Assembly (NCBI GenBank): GCA_003427395.1
Contig: BFEA01000003.1
Span: 118,905-182,904, forward strand
Source of the DNA: Chara braunii
Taxonomy: Eukaryota > Plantae > Charophyceae
Reading direction: 5' to 3'
DNA: 64,000 bases
Shown here: positions 10,601 through 22,575 of the stretch, piece by piece
Position numbering within the stretch: position 1 is the first letter of the stretch
Layout: each line of letters begins with the position of its first letter
Notes under the pieces: generated by a model
What the model was told of the DNA's origin: nothing
Databases searched by the model: none
Seen by the model: only the letters and a program-made list of their open reading frames with translations
Made by a program: the position numbers and the translations under genes

Positions 10601-11596
10601 TCTTTAGCCATTCTAGTCATTCCTCCTGTTTTCTTACCTCAAGTTATTCGAGGAGTGTCAGGTTAAGCTTTCTTTCCTGGGCCCAATAATGATCCGAAAA
10701 AGGGTCTTGTCCTATTTTTTGTTCGGCTTCCCTTACCGTTGCCTGAGCGCATTTTTCCCTCCAGGACCTGTTTGCTGCTTTCATACGGGAAAAGGTGCGC
10801 AATGCCTCGGTTATGATGCCTAGCCCTACTTCGATCCAATCCTGCCCCTGGAAGAATAGGTCCTTAGCCTCCATCCAGACTTTCATCTGATTGGATACCC
10901 AATTGGGTATCCCTTTGTCCTTAAGCAAATTGACGTTAAGTTTGAAAGGGGGACATACCTTCTCGAGGTTGTCCCTGACTACCACATCCAAACACACTGG
11001 GGCGTGGTCTGACAGGAAGAATTCTTTTATATCACACCAAAGGCATTTATCCCATATAACTCCTCTACAAAGAAAAAAATCAAGTTTTGTTCTGGGTTGC
11101 GGCGCTTGTGGTGAGGGCTTAGAGTCCTACCACGTATAGCCACCAGACTCAGGATTTAAGACTTTGTAGACTTCTGTGAGGTTTTGGGACTTGGCCAACG
11201 CAGTCAGCATCACAATGTTCGTCCTTAAACCACCAGTACTAGGTCCAGCTATCGACCGCGGAAAACAATAAAGTAGAAACGTTTCTAGTTGGATGAATTT
11301 GGGCGCTCCTGTAGTGGCCTGTACGTTTCCTAAAATCATGTAGCGTTAACGGGCGCGACTTTAGGAAGTACTCGTGGTTTAAGGGTGCTGCATTATGACA
11401 ATCCAAACCAGGGTTGAGTACCGTATTCCAGTCACCTGCCATTACAAGATTTTCTACATCTAGGATCCATGAGGGCAGATGAGCGAAAAACTTAGTGCGT
11501 TGGGTATAGTCCACTGGTGCATAGGTAGCCATGACAACCCAATCTTCTTCCTGTAGGACGGCCCATAGGGTCAACAAAAAATCTATTATATCTACT
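7614..11596 (-). pseudogene. LINE ORF2 (APE endonuclease - reverse transcriptase - Cys/His motif), fragmented
   Basis: Motifs TYAP, GDWN, GYTW, SDHAPV, KCPGSNG, QGAFVKGRTIFDNI, LLDMKKAYDKVGW and CERCDWGWENAAHVWLCCP. Many frameshifts and stops. Confidence 0.9.
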
Positions 11597-13089
11597 GTAA
11601 CCGCGGGGAGCGCGGGGGCGCAGCCAGGGCAGAGGGGTTGTAGCGGGGATGAAGTTTTGATTGTTGTAATGTGTTGCTTTATAGCAGGTCAGTCATGAGT
11701 TTTTGCATTATCTAGATTTGAACGTGGGTCAGTATTTCAACATTTCACATTGCTATACGTGCTGAGGTACGATCTTCGATCACAGACCAAAGTTCGAATC
11801 CAGTCCAGAATCCATTGCTTCAGAACACCTCCAAAGAACAAGAACAAAACGAACAAGGGAAAAAAAAAAGGAAAAAAAATGAACCTAAGGAATGGCAAGC
11901 CAACATTAAATTATGAATGATGCTATGAAGAAAAAAAAAAAATTTATTTTTTTTAAGAAAAAAAAAAAGAAATTGGCATGGCCTGCGAGGAAAGCGGGTC
12001 CAGCGTCCCATCATACATTTTATAGAGCATGAAATAGTGAGAGACACAATTGCGAGCCTTCTATTACATTGTTCACTGGAAAATACCCCTTAGTACTTAG
12101 AACTTTTCAGTTTCAAGCTTCAACAATCAGTTCCCTCCTTAGTTATGGTAGTGAATGGTTTGTGTGATGCCCTTTTATCTAATAAACCGTCTACGCTGTG
12201 AACCTCTTTCGTCCCGTAACCCCCTCTGTTCGGTATCTATTAGTCTGTTGTTCCTTTTCCCATGTCCTTCTTCCTTCGTATGTTGTATTTTGTTGGTCCT
12301 GCTGTCTGCTTGCTGGCCATTATCCTTAGGCCTTTAAGTTCTTCATTTCTCCCTGGCCCTGCGGCGTAGGCAAACCATTCATTTGACCCCGTATCTTTCC
12401 TGTGTTTGGTGACTGTTGTGCTTTACTCAGAACATCCCACATGACTGAATGGGGTTTGACTGACGGGGGAGGAGGGGCAAATAGAAGAGAGGGCAGGGGG
12501 GGGTAGAAAGAAAACCTGGTTGGCGGCCACCGCAGAAACCACTATACACCTACCTATCAAATCCATTCCTCCAGAACATGTCCAAATAGCAAAGAAAAGC
12601 AAGCATAGTTACGGAGCACAAAACCTTCATGCCAAGCAGAAACCGGTCCTTGCCTAAGACCGGTCACCTCACAACGTCAACCCAGACTTGAATCATTTGT
12701 CGAGACTACACCCTCATTTTTTCGCTGCATGTGAACTGAAACATAGCTTGTATCCGTTCATTATTGGTATCGATATCGAGGTGCGTTATGCTCGGGGGAA
12801 GACCATTCAACTCACAAGGCACATAAATGAGATTGAGTAGGTCAGCCCACCATGATATTTCCCGAAAAAGAAAACCGACCCTTACAACCCAGGTAAGCGC
12901 AGCCTCTGGCTGCAAACATTTTTTAGTAGGATGCTTGTTCCACGACCATCGACTTTAAAAAAGAAAAAAAAGAAAAAAGAGACCCAATTCGATTTCACTC
13001 CTTGCCTAAGACCGGTCACCTTACACCTCAGAGTTGAGCCTTCAATCGTTCATCGACAAAAAAAGAGGGGAAAAAAAAAAAAAAAAAAA
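11597..13089 (+). mobile_element. Non-coding poly(A)-tailed retroposon (non-autonomous, SINE-like)
   Basis: A19 tail at 13071-13089. Flanked by duplicated target GTC(A/T)ACAAAAAA(A)TCTATTA (11570-11588 and 13090-13109). No coding motifs. Confidence 0.7.
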
Positions 13090-14748
13090 GTCTACAAAAA
13101 AATCTATTAGGCGTAGAATTTGCGGGGAGCGGCGTTACCGGGCGGCATAGCGCAGCGCTCCGGTAACTCCGTCGTCGCGGGCGGATAGCGCAAGGGACGC
13201 TACCTGGCCAACACCTACGTCATCGCGACAGAGATGGGAAGGTGTGCGTACACACCGCCGCATCGGTGGTGGACCTCGGTCCGAGATGTACTCACGTCGT
13301 CTAGGTAGTCCATAGCCAAACCTAGGTTAGACACTATGTAGATCCTCCGCGCGATGTTTCCACAGACACGGGCCAGAGGTAAAGTAGGTGGTGACCGAGA
13401 GTCTCACCGGTGATGAAAGGTGTTTCAAGTTTAATTGCCTATGAGGTTTTTGCCGCCTGGAGAATACATAGCCTAACTTGAGGAGATTCAGAGAAGCCTT
13501 GCGTATGGCTAACCTAGGTTACTCTCCCGGTGGTAAGTTAGGAGTGATTTATGTTTCACCAGTGGAGAAAGGGAAAGTAATTATTAACCCTAGCATTTGA
13601 GAGGAAAATTTCCAGTTGTCGGTTCGCTCCGCAGGGCAATCCCAAGCGGCCTCCGAAAAGAAAAATTGATTGGGTGCAGATTACTTGCCACGTACAATGG
13701 TTCAACTCGCTGTCCTGGTCACTCAACAGTAAACACAGAGGGGTGGCTGAAGATTCAGGAACGAGGAGCGGGAGCGGCCGACAGTAACAATGATGTTCAA
13801 GGCGAAGCGCTAGGTGTAAAAGCAGGAGAGAATTAGGCTCAGGGAAGTCGAGGTGAATTGTGAGGCTGCGTTGGGTATGCGTCTCGGCCACGCTAGGTTA
13901 AAATTAAGAGGAAGCAAATGTTCTCGATTTTCCGTGAGATAATGTCATCTCGATCGGCCAAAACAGATGGTTTCCTCGCCAGGTAGTGGTACTAGAGGAA
14001 AGGTTATACCCGACAAAGGTATCACAGTCGAATTGAAATGTATAGATTGATGGAGTTGTATTGGCTGGGACGGGCCTCCGCCCAGCAGAGGCGTTAGAGG
14101 TAAGATACCAGGCAGCGCTGGTGGCCCGATCTCCGGAGTAACAAGTTAGGGCCGTGAGTGTTTCTTCTTAGTACACAACCAGCGGTTGGGTCAGACCGCA
14201 GAGTCGGAAATCCTCGCGCAGCAGGATTAAAACAAGTCTCTGGAGTGAATATTATCGAGACTCCGACCACACCCAAATGCAAGGGTGCATTGTAATAGGC
14301 GATGGTCCAGTCCAGCAGGTTTGTGAAGTGGCGGGGCGCGAATAGTCCGCGTGGGTAATCTTAGAAGCGAATTATTAGATTGCTCAGAGTTCACTGGGAG
14401 CGGTATCTCAGCGGTCGTGGGGGTACTAAGTTGTAAGACTACGAAACACTCAATTAAACTTGATCAGACAGAAAGGCACACTCTCATCTACTGGACAGAG
14501 GGGAGTCGGAGCCTCTCGGGATAGGGAACCCATAGAAGAATTATCCTCATTTGGATTCTGGTAGTAATTTGCCCGGAGGAGCAAACCGGGACAGAAGGTC
14601 ATGTAGACATAGCGTCTTATCAGATGCGTTTCTCAGAGCAAGCGGCTTAATAGCCTTCTCCTGGGTTAATAGCGTTTCGTCACCTCTTATCTCATCATCC
14701 TGAACACGAGTTGGTGTATCTATCCTTCTGCGAGGACACAACAACAAT

Positions 14749-17315
14749 ATGGCAAGTGGAGCAGGCAGAGGGGATAAACAACATGCGATTCCAGTCACGA
14801 TTAAGAAAAACCGTTCAAGAATACGAGACTCTGTGAGTCGTTGTTATGATGAAGGAGTGTGCCCAGACAACATACATCTGGGAGAAGTAATTGAAGACGA
14901 AGGTGGCAAGCGTTTTGTGGTAAATGAGTTGGTGAACGAGGTAAAGGACGAATGGTTAAAAGAGAGATCTGTTATTGTGACGTTCCGAGGAGAAGCCCGT
15001 AGCCTTGCAAGATCGGTCAAGGAAGATCTGATTCGGGCGTATGAGGATGGTTGGACAGCCAAGCGACTATTTCACCCAAACAACAGACGAGGGAGGATAA
15101 AGTTTGAAGGCCCCAATGTCGTATCCTATGTTGCGAAAGCAAAGGAGATCGCGGATTGGCTCATTCAAGAAGGAGAGCTGAAGATCAAACTGGGCACAAA
15201 GGAATACCAGGTACTGTTCAAGCCACGACTGTCTCAGCACGAACTACAAGAAGTCAGGATCCATGAAGCAGGGAGAAAATTCTGGATCATGGCTCTAAGG
15301 ATCCCGCTGGACGCCTACCTCTTCTTAAGGAGTGAGGTGAAGGGCCTGTTCGGCGAAGTGTTAGAAATGCATAACCCGGAGTATGATAGAGACAGGCCAA
15401 GACTCATGAATGTCAAATTTGACATGCGGCCCGAGTCAAGAGGCAGCATCGATGACGAGCTAGTGATAGAGTCCCCTCGAGGAGAACGCTGGAAAGTGGA
15501 TATAGTATCAACGTATACTGACTGGTGTAGAAGATGCAAATGGTATTATCATACGGAGGAGACCTGCCCTCGTCGTCAGAACGAGGAAGGTCGCAGGAAC
15601 AACGGAGAAAGGCAAGGGGGCCACAGGGCTAGATTCCGGGAATTTTTGACAAACTTGGGGGGGAAGCGATGCAGAGCTCGAGAAACGGGTCAGATGCGGA
15701 CCAGCAGGTGAGACATTCGCAACAACAATCGAGACAGGGCAACCTCTCAGAGCAATCTCGCCAGCAAGTAAGTCGGATACATCCGAGCCAGGAACACGTG
15801 GAGTCAGCTATGCAGCAGTACGGTCCCAATGCATCGGCTCAAGGGTCCCTCCTCAGGAATGGTGCCCAAGTGCAAAGTACAGGTCACCACAGGGAGTACC
15901 AGGATTGGAGGGGGGACCAAATTTGGGGAACGACGCCTGCAAGAGCCTCAGGCCAGCCCTCACTGCCCCTTTGGCAGCCAAGGGGGGGGTGGCCACACCC
16001 CAACACAGAAGAACTGCACAGAGAATCGGCCAGGGACAGAGGGTTGGCGGGCGGCCCGACTCACCCAACGTGGCAAGACAACTATGAATACAACCCGTTT
16101 CCGGACGTAGGATTGTTCTATCAACACCAACAAGGCACAGGCAGCGGGTGGGGGCCTGGATCGGGGCACAGATTCATTGAGCACCCCCAACCCAGATACC
16201 CTTCAACGGCATACGACTGGAGGCAGCTCGCCCCTCCTCCGCAAGACAGAGGGCTCCAAGTACCGGACCTGCACAGAAGGGAAGGCAGCGGGAACTCATT
16301 CAGAAGACGACAAAGAGGCTACAGGACAAGGTGGGATGGCCAACCGGAAGACAACTGGAGGAGTAAGGGGGAAAGCTCCTTGCTTTGGAGACAAGGCCAC
16401 TCCCAACCGTTCTCTACGGTTCGGGAGGAGGTGGAGGTCGCTGAAGGGAGAGTGGCATCTGCGCACCAGCCAAGTGTCACTAAGCTCAAGGAAGAAATGT
16501 CAAAGACGTCAGTGACTTCGCATTCTAGAGTAAGGTGGGGCAGCGAATGCGAAAAACATGACTGTGGAAAATCTGTAGCCTCGTCGGTGGAGAGCTTTGC
16601 GCGCTCGGGCCAAAGAATGGTAAGCAGACCGAAGGGGACAATCGACAGGAATAGAAAGGCGGTTGCTGTCGAGAGGAACCAGATGGAAACGGTTCAAAGG
16701 TGCCTGGCTCCACTCCTATGCACGCATACTGAGAAAGGCGCGTTCTTCCTAACCACAACAAATGCAGAGGGTTGCCCGCTAATCCCCTCGGAAGAGGTAG
16801 AGCGTTCCCCCACTCCAGCTAAGATCCTGGAGTGCACCAAAAGGTTGTATGGGACACACGTCCCGGTCAGACTCATTCCGCACTACACAATGGCGAGCAT
16901 CCTGTGCTCGTCCGTGCAAGGATTCAGGAAAATTTATTTCCCCTTGCTGGATGAACGGATCCCTCCGAAATCAGAGTGCCTGCTAGCTCAAGGTGGTATC
17001 AGGTGGTTCCACATGGACGTCATTCGGGAAAGAAACGCTCAGGAACTGAAACTTATTAAAATTATCCCTGGCATCTCAGCGCTGGCGCTGTTGAACATCA
17101 ACGAAAAGCTCTTGGTCGAGGAAAATCTACATTCAGACTATCTCGTGTCTCAGTTAACAGAAGAATGGAGGTCGAGCTCCAACACCAGCTCCGCCATGGC
17201 CAACTCGGAACACCAACGCTCAAGGGGCATCTCTAGTGAGAGGGAACACCTGGGGGCTCAGGAACCATCCCGCATCCAATCCAAGGCGGGCGATGACCAA
17301 CAACATGATGGATAA
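14749..17315 (+). pseudogene. LINE ORF1 (CCHC zinc knuckle, low-complexity linker, C-terminal globular domain); one frameshift near 15650-15670
   Basis: CRRCKWYYHTEETC fits CX2CX4HX4C. ORFs 14749-15711 and 15669-17315 overlap and lie directly upstream of ORF2. Confidence 0.85.
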
Positions 17316-20300
17316 AATCAGGGCAGTAACATGGAACGTAAGGGGTCTCGGGGACACAAATGGCAGAGAGAAAAGGAGACGGTTAAAATCCTGGCTGCAC
17401 GAATGGAGGGCAAACTGCATAATGTTGCAGGAAACTAAGCTTAAAGAGTCTAAGCTGAGTGGGATGGTGACATGGTGACATGGTGGGATGGGCCGCAGGT
17501 CTGGGCCCCAGCGCAGAAAACCAGAGGAGGGGTGACAATCCTACTTCACCGGGACCTTCAAGCCTGCGTAATAAACGCAGAAGCGGACCTGTGGGGCAGA
17601 TGGGCAAGGATGAAGGTTCTAGTGGCCAACGAAGAATGGGTCTTCGTGACAATTTACGCCCCAACGGACGTGGGTGAAAGGGCGAAGTTCTCCAGCCGTC
17701 TGTTACAACACATCCCAAAGACGGAGAAGTTGATGATAGGCAGAGACTGAAACCTGAGTTTGGATGAGACACTAAGGATAGGCTCCCCACAGACAGGCAG
17801 GAGAGATGTTCAGACCCTGCTGGAGCTGAGTGCAGAGTTGGACTTAGTGGACCCCTTCCCGTCCCTCAACCAAGGAGACTCGGGTTATACATGGTACTCT
17901 CATCTACACAGAGACAGGCAACAAATTACTAGAAGAAGGGTAGACTTCTTCCTGCTCAGCGAACTCTCGCAGGACCAAGTCACAATGGTTCGAGCCTCTT
18001 GCAGTCCGCTGTCGGATCACAAACCGGTGGTTGTTGATCTTAGACTAAATCTGAATGTCTCAAGGGGGAAGGTTTTTTTTCGCCTGAACAGTCAAGTGCT
18101 AGAGGAACCCGGCATGGGTGAGTGGGTAGCCAAACACATGGACAGTTGGGGGCGTGCAAAACCACTGTTTGACTCAAAGGCAGAGTGGCTAGACGGCGGG
18201 ATCGCGATTGTCTCCGGTGTCCTAGATGTTATTTCTAGGATCATAGCAAGAGAGAGGAACAGGAAAAAAGCGGACTGTCGGAGAAGAGTGAAGGAGGCTG
18301 AAGGACGCATGGAAGGTCATCCTATCTCACTGATGGTTTGGGCAGCGGAAAGGGAACGACGTCTGAACGAGTGAGACAAGCTCCAAGAGGAGAAGCAGAG
18401 GTGGTGGTCTGAAATCTTAAAGGTAAAAGGGATCAAGTCGAATGACAAGATCTCGAAGGAGACATTCCAAAGACTGCTGCCGAGGCGGACACTGACTCAA
18501 ATGGTAGAATTACGTCACCCGTTCGTCCAGGCTGCACCTGCGGCCCAATCTGCTTCAGGCATGCTGCAGTATGCGAGAATGTACTACGCAAATATTCTCA
18601 CCTCTAGACGTCCACTGGACAATGCGCTCACGGACCTCTCCGCCACATCGGACATGTGGGAGGACACCACAGCGAAACTTCCAATTACCGCTCGGGTGGA
18701 CCTCGATAGACCGCTCACTGTGGAAGAAGTTAAACAGACCCTCAAGTGCATGGCGAAGGGAAAGTCCCCGGGGGTTGACGGCCTTACGGTTGAGTTTTAC
18801 ATCGCCAACTGGTCGGTGTTTGGCCCTGCACTAGTGCACCTCTACAATGGGGTCCTGGTGGAAGGGAAGTTAGGGAAGGGCATGACACATGGTGTCATCT
18901 CAGTTCTGTTCAAGAAGGGGGACAAATCTGAAGTCCAGAATTGGAGACCAATTTCCCTTCTAAACGTCTCGTACAAAATACTGGCAAAGACCTTGGCGCG
19001 CAGACTGTCGAGTTACTTACCAGAATTGGTGAAGAGGGACCAGGGGGCATTTGTACAGGGGAGATCCATCCTTAACAACATTGTATCCGCCATCGAAGCA
19101 CTGGAGGTAGTTCAGACAGAGAACCTGAACATGGCGGTCCTTCTCCTTGACTTGGAGAAGGCGTATGATTAATTGGGATGGCGATTCGTACTTACCACGT
19201 TGAGAAGAATGGAATTTGGGGAACGGTTTTGTGCTTGAATAGTAGCCATGTACACATACTCTACCTTTGCTGTCATGATTAACGGACATTTTTCTGAACC
19301 GTTTCCACTGTTGAGATCGTTGCAACAAGGGTGTCCGCTCACACCCCTCATCTCCGTCCTGCAACTGGAGGTGCTTCTCAACAGGATTCGTAGGCATCCG
19401 GAGATAAGAGGCTTGCACCTGCACACGGGAGAGGAGTGCAAGGTGAAGGCTTTAGCAGACAACCTGCTGGCCTTAAGAGAAAACACGGCATCATCGCTGG
19501 CGCCGTTGAAGATGGTCATGTTGGAGTATTCCGTACTTTCGGAAGCTTCCGTAAACTGGAGTAAGTCGGTGTATCTCCTCCCAACCCAATTTGTACTCCA
19601 AGTAGAGTGGGGTATGATAAGGGTGCTCGCGGGTGAAGAAGAGAGATTCCTGGGTGTACTTATTAGTCTAGAAATAGAAGCTTCGTCGCAGGGTCTCCTC
19701 CTGCAACAACATATCTCAGCCAAGCTCAGATTATGGGGTACGACATGGCACCTATCCCTTCTGGGTCGGGCGTTGGTTGCAAACGTGGCCTTGCTCTCAA
19801 TCCTGTGGTTTGTGTCCACAATGAGAGAGATAGCAGCAGGAGTAGTCAAGGCGGTACGGAGACTGGTCGCCCGTTTCATATGGAAGCCACGGGCGAGGAT
19901 CTCTGAAGGGTTCATCTCCAAGGTAGCGCTGGATACACTCTCCTTCCCTCGTTCCAAGGGCGGTCTTGGTCTAGTGGACCCAGCTCGAAGAAATCAGGCG
20001 CAATTATGAAATTGGGTGGTCAAGATAGCCAATATGAGGACTAGGGATCACTGGGTGACAATGGCGGAGCAGATCCTGATGGGCGAATGGGGCCTGAGCA
20101 GACCGCAGGACGTCTGGGCATGTTTTTTTATGCCCTCCTTTCGCAAGAAAAAGCTAAAATCCAGGTTCTGGGAACCGATCAGAAAGGCCTGGAACAGGCT
20201 CCCACCGGACGTGTAGAAGAAGCCATCCACCAAGGAAGAAGTGCTGGTACAGCTCCTGTTTGAAAACCCATCGATCATGGACCAAGACGGACAGCCCCTC

Positions 20301-21585
20301 GAAGCGGATGGTTCCACAGGCTCGTTCGGCCAAGCATGGATCAAACGAGGTGTTGTCCGTATCTCAGACCTGTGGTCAATCCTACTGGGAGGATGGAAGC
20401 CCCTGGGAGAGATCAAGGAATCCCTCAGAGGTCCGCAGAGAGTGGAAGCCCATTGGAGATCACTGGTTGATGCTATACCCCAGGACTGGTTACTGATCCT
20501 AGGTCCTGAAGGGGTGGACCCAGTGGGCAAGTGGTACGTGCCAAATCAGGAAAGGGGTCAGAACACCCTGTGGAAAGTCCTGGACATCTTGCCCAGCGGT
20601 TTCAGACGGGTCGAAAGGTGGCGTTGTGAGGGATCAACAGACACGCTGAGCCCGATGGGAGTTGAAACGGTCCAACTGTGAGACAACCCTGCTCAGGCCA
20701 GGCTCCTGGCAACAAGAGGAAAGAGGCCAACAACTAGACTGTACACCTGGATAGGTGGGGTACCACTTATCCAGCTCTGTATTGATCCAGCAGCCTGGAG
20801 CTGGTCAGCCAAGACGGAGGGAGTAGCAGAATTAAACCTTGAGAACTACTCAATAGCTCAGGGCTACCAGCAACTCAGTCACAAACTGAAGACCCCGACG
20901 CAAGTTGCTATCCCTCGGCGGCAGGCGGTGTGGAATGAGGACTTAACCGGGGCAGAGGCGGACTTTGAGAGGCTTTGGGAAACTCTGACAACGCTTCCAA
21001 ATGGGAAGCAAATCAGTATCCTGTGGATGATCTCCCTGATGGTATCCCCATCAGCGGTCTGGCTGGTAAGCAGGGCATGGAAGTAAACCTTGAGTGTACA
21101 CGCTGTCGGTGGCCTTTCGAATCGACCAGGCACCTATGGTTGGACTGTCCCGCGTCCAAACACATTTGGAACTGGTGAGCTCACCACTGGAAAGAGGTAG
21201 GAGGACAGGGAGTAGAATGGTCAGAGAGGTGGGCGCTGTTGGGATTTCTCCCACCTCACACCGAAGGGCACCGGGGTTGGGGCTACATGGCGCATGTAGT
21301 TCGGGGTCTGTTATGTGAAACCATTTGGAAAGACAGAAACAGATCCAGGTTCGAGGGCCGGCCTTTCGCTGATTTGGAGACCAAAAGGCACATCAGCAGG
21401 GGCTGAAGCAGGCCATATGGGCAGATTGGAGAAGTAAAGCAAGATCAGGGAGAGGGAACAGGGAACAACTGAAGTGGTTTCGCCACACCTGGGCGCAAAT
21501 CAGTCAGCTGGTAACAATTCACCCAAAGAAGGGCTTGGTCTTTTCAGACTGGTTCCTAGTAACGCCGCCGGTGAGTAATCAGTAG
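17293..21585 (+). pseudogene. LINE ORF2 (APE endonuclease - RT - Cys/His motif)
   Basis: Motifs WNVRGL, LQETKL, IYAP, SDHKPV, KSPGVDG, NWRPISLLNVSYKILAK, LDLEKAYD, QGCPLTP, LADN and CTRCRWPFESTRHLWLDCP. An 8-bp duplication (GGTGACAT, 17466-17481) and several stops disrupt it. Confidence 0.93.
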
Positions 21586-22225
21586 TCAGGTAGGTGTAAG
21601 GTGGCACCAGAGCACTCGGTGCGGTAGGGTCACAGTGGGCCTTTTTAGTAGACTGTCTCTAGAGCTAGTAGAACCAGGACACTCGGTTCGGCAGGGTCGT
21701 GGTGGGCCATTAGGAGAGTGCCAGTAGAACTGGGACAGTAGTCCCCTGGGCCGAGTTAGTCCCAGTCTAGTGTAGAGGCCAGTTCATACTGGGCAGGCAT
21801 TCATCAAAGTTGGAACCGATCCACTGCTAGTCCGGTATTGGTGTACTCAGGGCAGTTTTGTAGTAGTAACAGTTATCTGAAACTGCAAGAATTCAAAGTC
21901 AGACTCAGGCACGGAAATGTTCGTATGGAAGTTAAACTAGTGCATAGGTTATACTCTGCACTGGCAAGAGTATCCGCAGGTCTCCTACCTGTAAGCTAAG
22001 CTGACTGATGCTGTCAGATACATCCGGGTGGTTTGTGAGGTCCCCGGTCTCGATTGGCATTATTAATGAACTGTTGCTTTGTAAAAAAAAATTAGAAAAA
22101 GTTCTATTATATCTACTTGAAGGTCCGTGTTGAATAAAATAGCTACCCCTCCTTTCGTACCGTCTGCCGGGGGCCAAAATTGCGGGCCCGAAATGTGACG
22201 GATGGCGAGTAGTGCAACTAGGCCC

Positions 22226-22575
22226 TTACTCGCGACTACGAAGCCCTGCACTCTCAAGAAAGTTGCCAAGTTTGGCGAGTAAGTGCAACCACCGTGCACA
22301 GGCGGGGAAACCGAAACCACTCGCCGCAACTTGTGTCGACGGTGCGGCGAGCACTCTGACATATTTTTCATTCGCCAAGTTTGGCGAGTAAGGGCATCGC
22401 CACACCGCTCTCGAACTGTGCAAAATGAGAATGAACTTCCCGCGAGGACATGGCCAGATGCACCCGCCACATTTTTGTCTTTTTCACATTTCGAGAGCGG
22501 TGTGGCGAGGCCCTAAGTGTAACCAGGCGTCAACTCGCCAAACTTGGCGTATGGAGAGTAGTGCAACCAGGCCGT
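22226..22575. mobile_element. MITE related to 6672-6969, inverted, with nested insertion
   Basis: Reverse-complement similarity to 6672-6950. Ends in GGAGAGTAGTGCAACCAGGCC. Further TIRs of the family lie at 22207-22225 (followed by TTA) and ~24231-24250. Confidence 0.6.
22392..22513. mobile_element. 122-bp Tourist-like MITE nested in another MITE
   Basis: 24-bp TIR GGGC(A/C)TCGCCACACCGCTCTCGAA with 23/24 match. TAA TSD at 22389-22391 and 22514-22516. Confidence 0.85.

Larger units (their letters stand above)
13110..22102 (+). mobile_element. Full-length L1-like LINE (decayed)
   Basis: ~1.6-kb 5'UTR, ORF1, overlapping ORF2, 3'UTR and an A-rich tail at 22083-22100. TSD TCTATTA at 13103-13109 and 22103-22109. 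Confidence 0.9.
6990..22192 (-). mobile_element. 5'-truncated L1-like LINE (host), interrupted by insertions at 11597-22102
   Basis: APE endonuclease, RT and C-terminal Cys/His motif on the - strand. The EN reading frame resumes at 22103-22192 (GPQFWPPADGTKGGVAILFNTDLQVDII). (TA)n tail at ~6992-7015. Confidence 0.85.

Noticed and set aside
17748-21178. UGA=Trp recoding in LINE ORF2
   Set aside because: The ORF also has TAA and TAG stops and frameshifts, and uses TGG widely, so it is simply decayed.
6669-22228. One 15.5-kb Harbinger element bounded by perfect 19-bp TIRs and TTA
   Set aside because: The left MITE has its own right TIR at ~6950-6969, the family has several TIR copies nearby, and the outer flanks do not rejoin into a coherent empty site.
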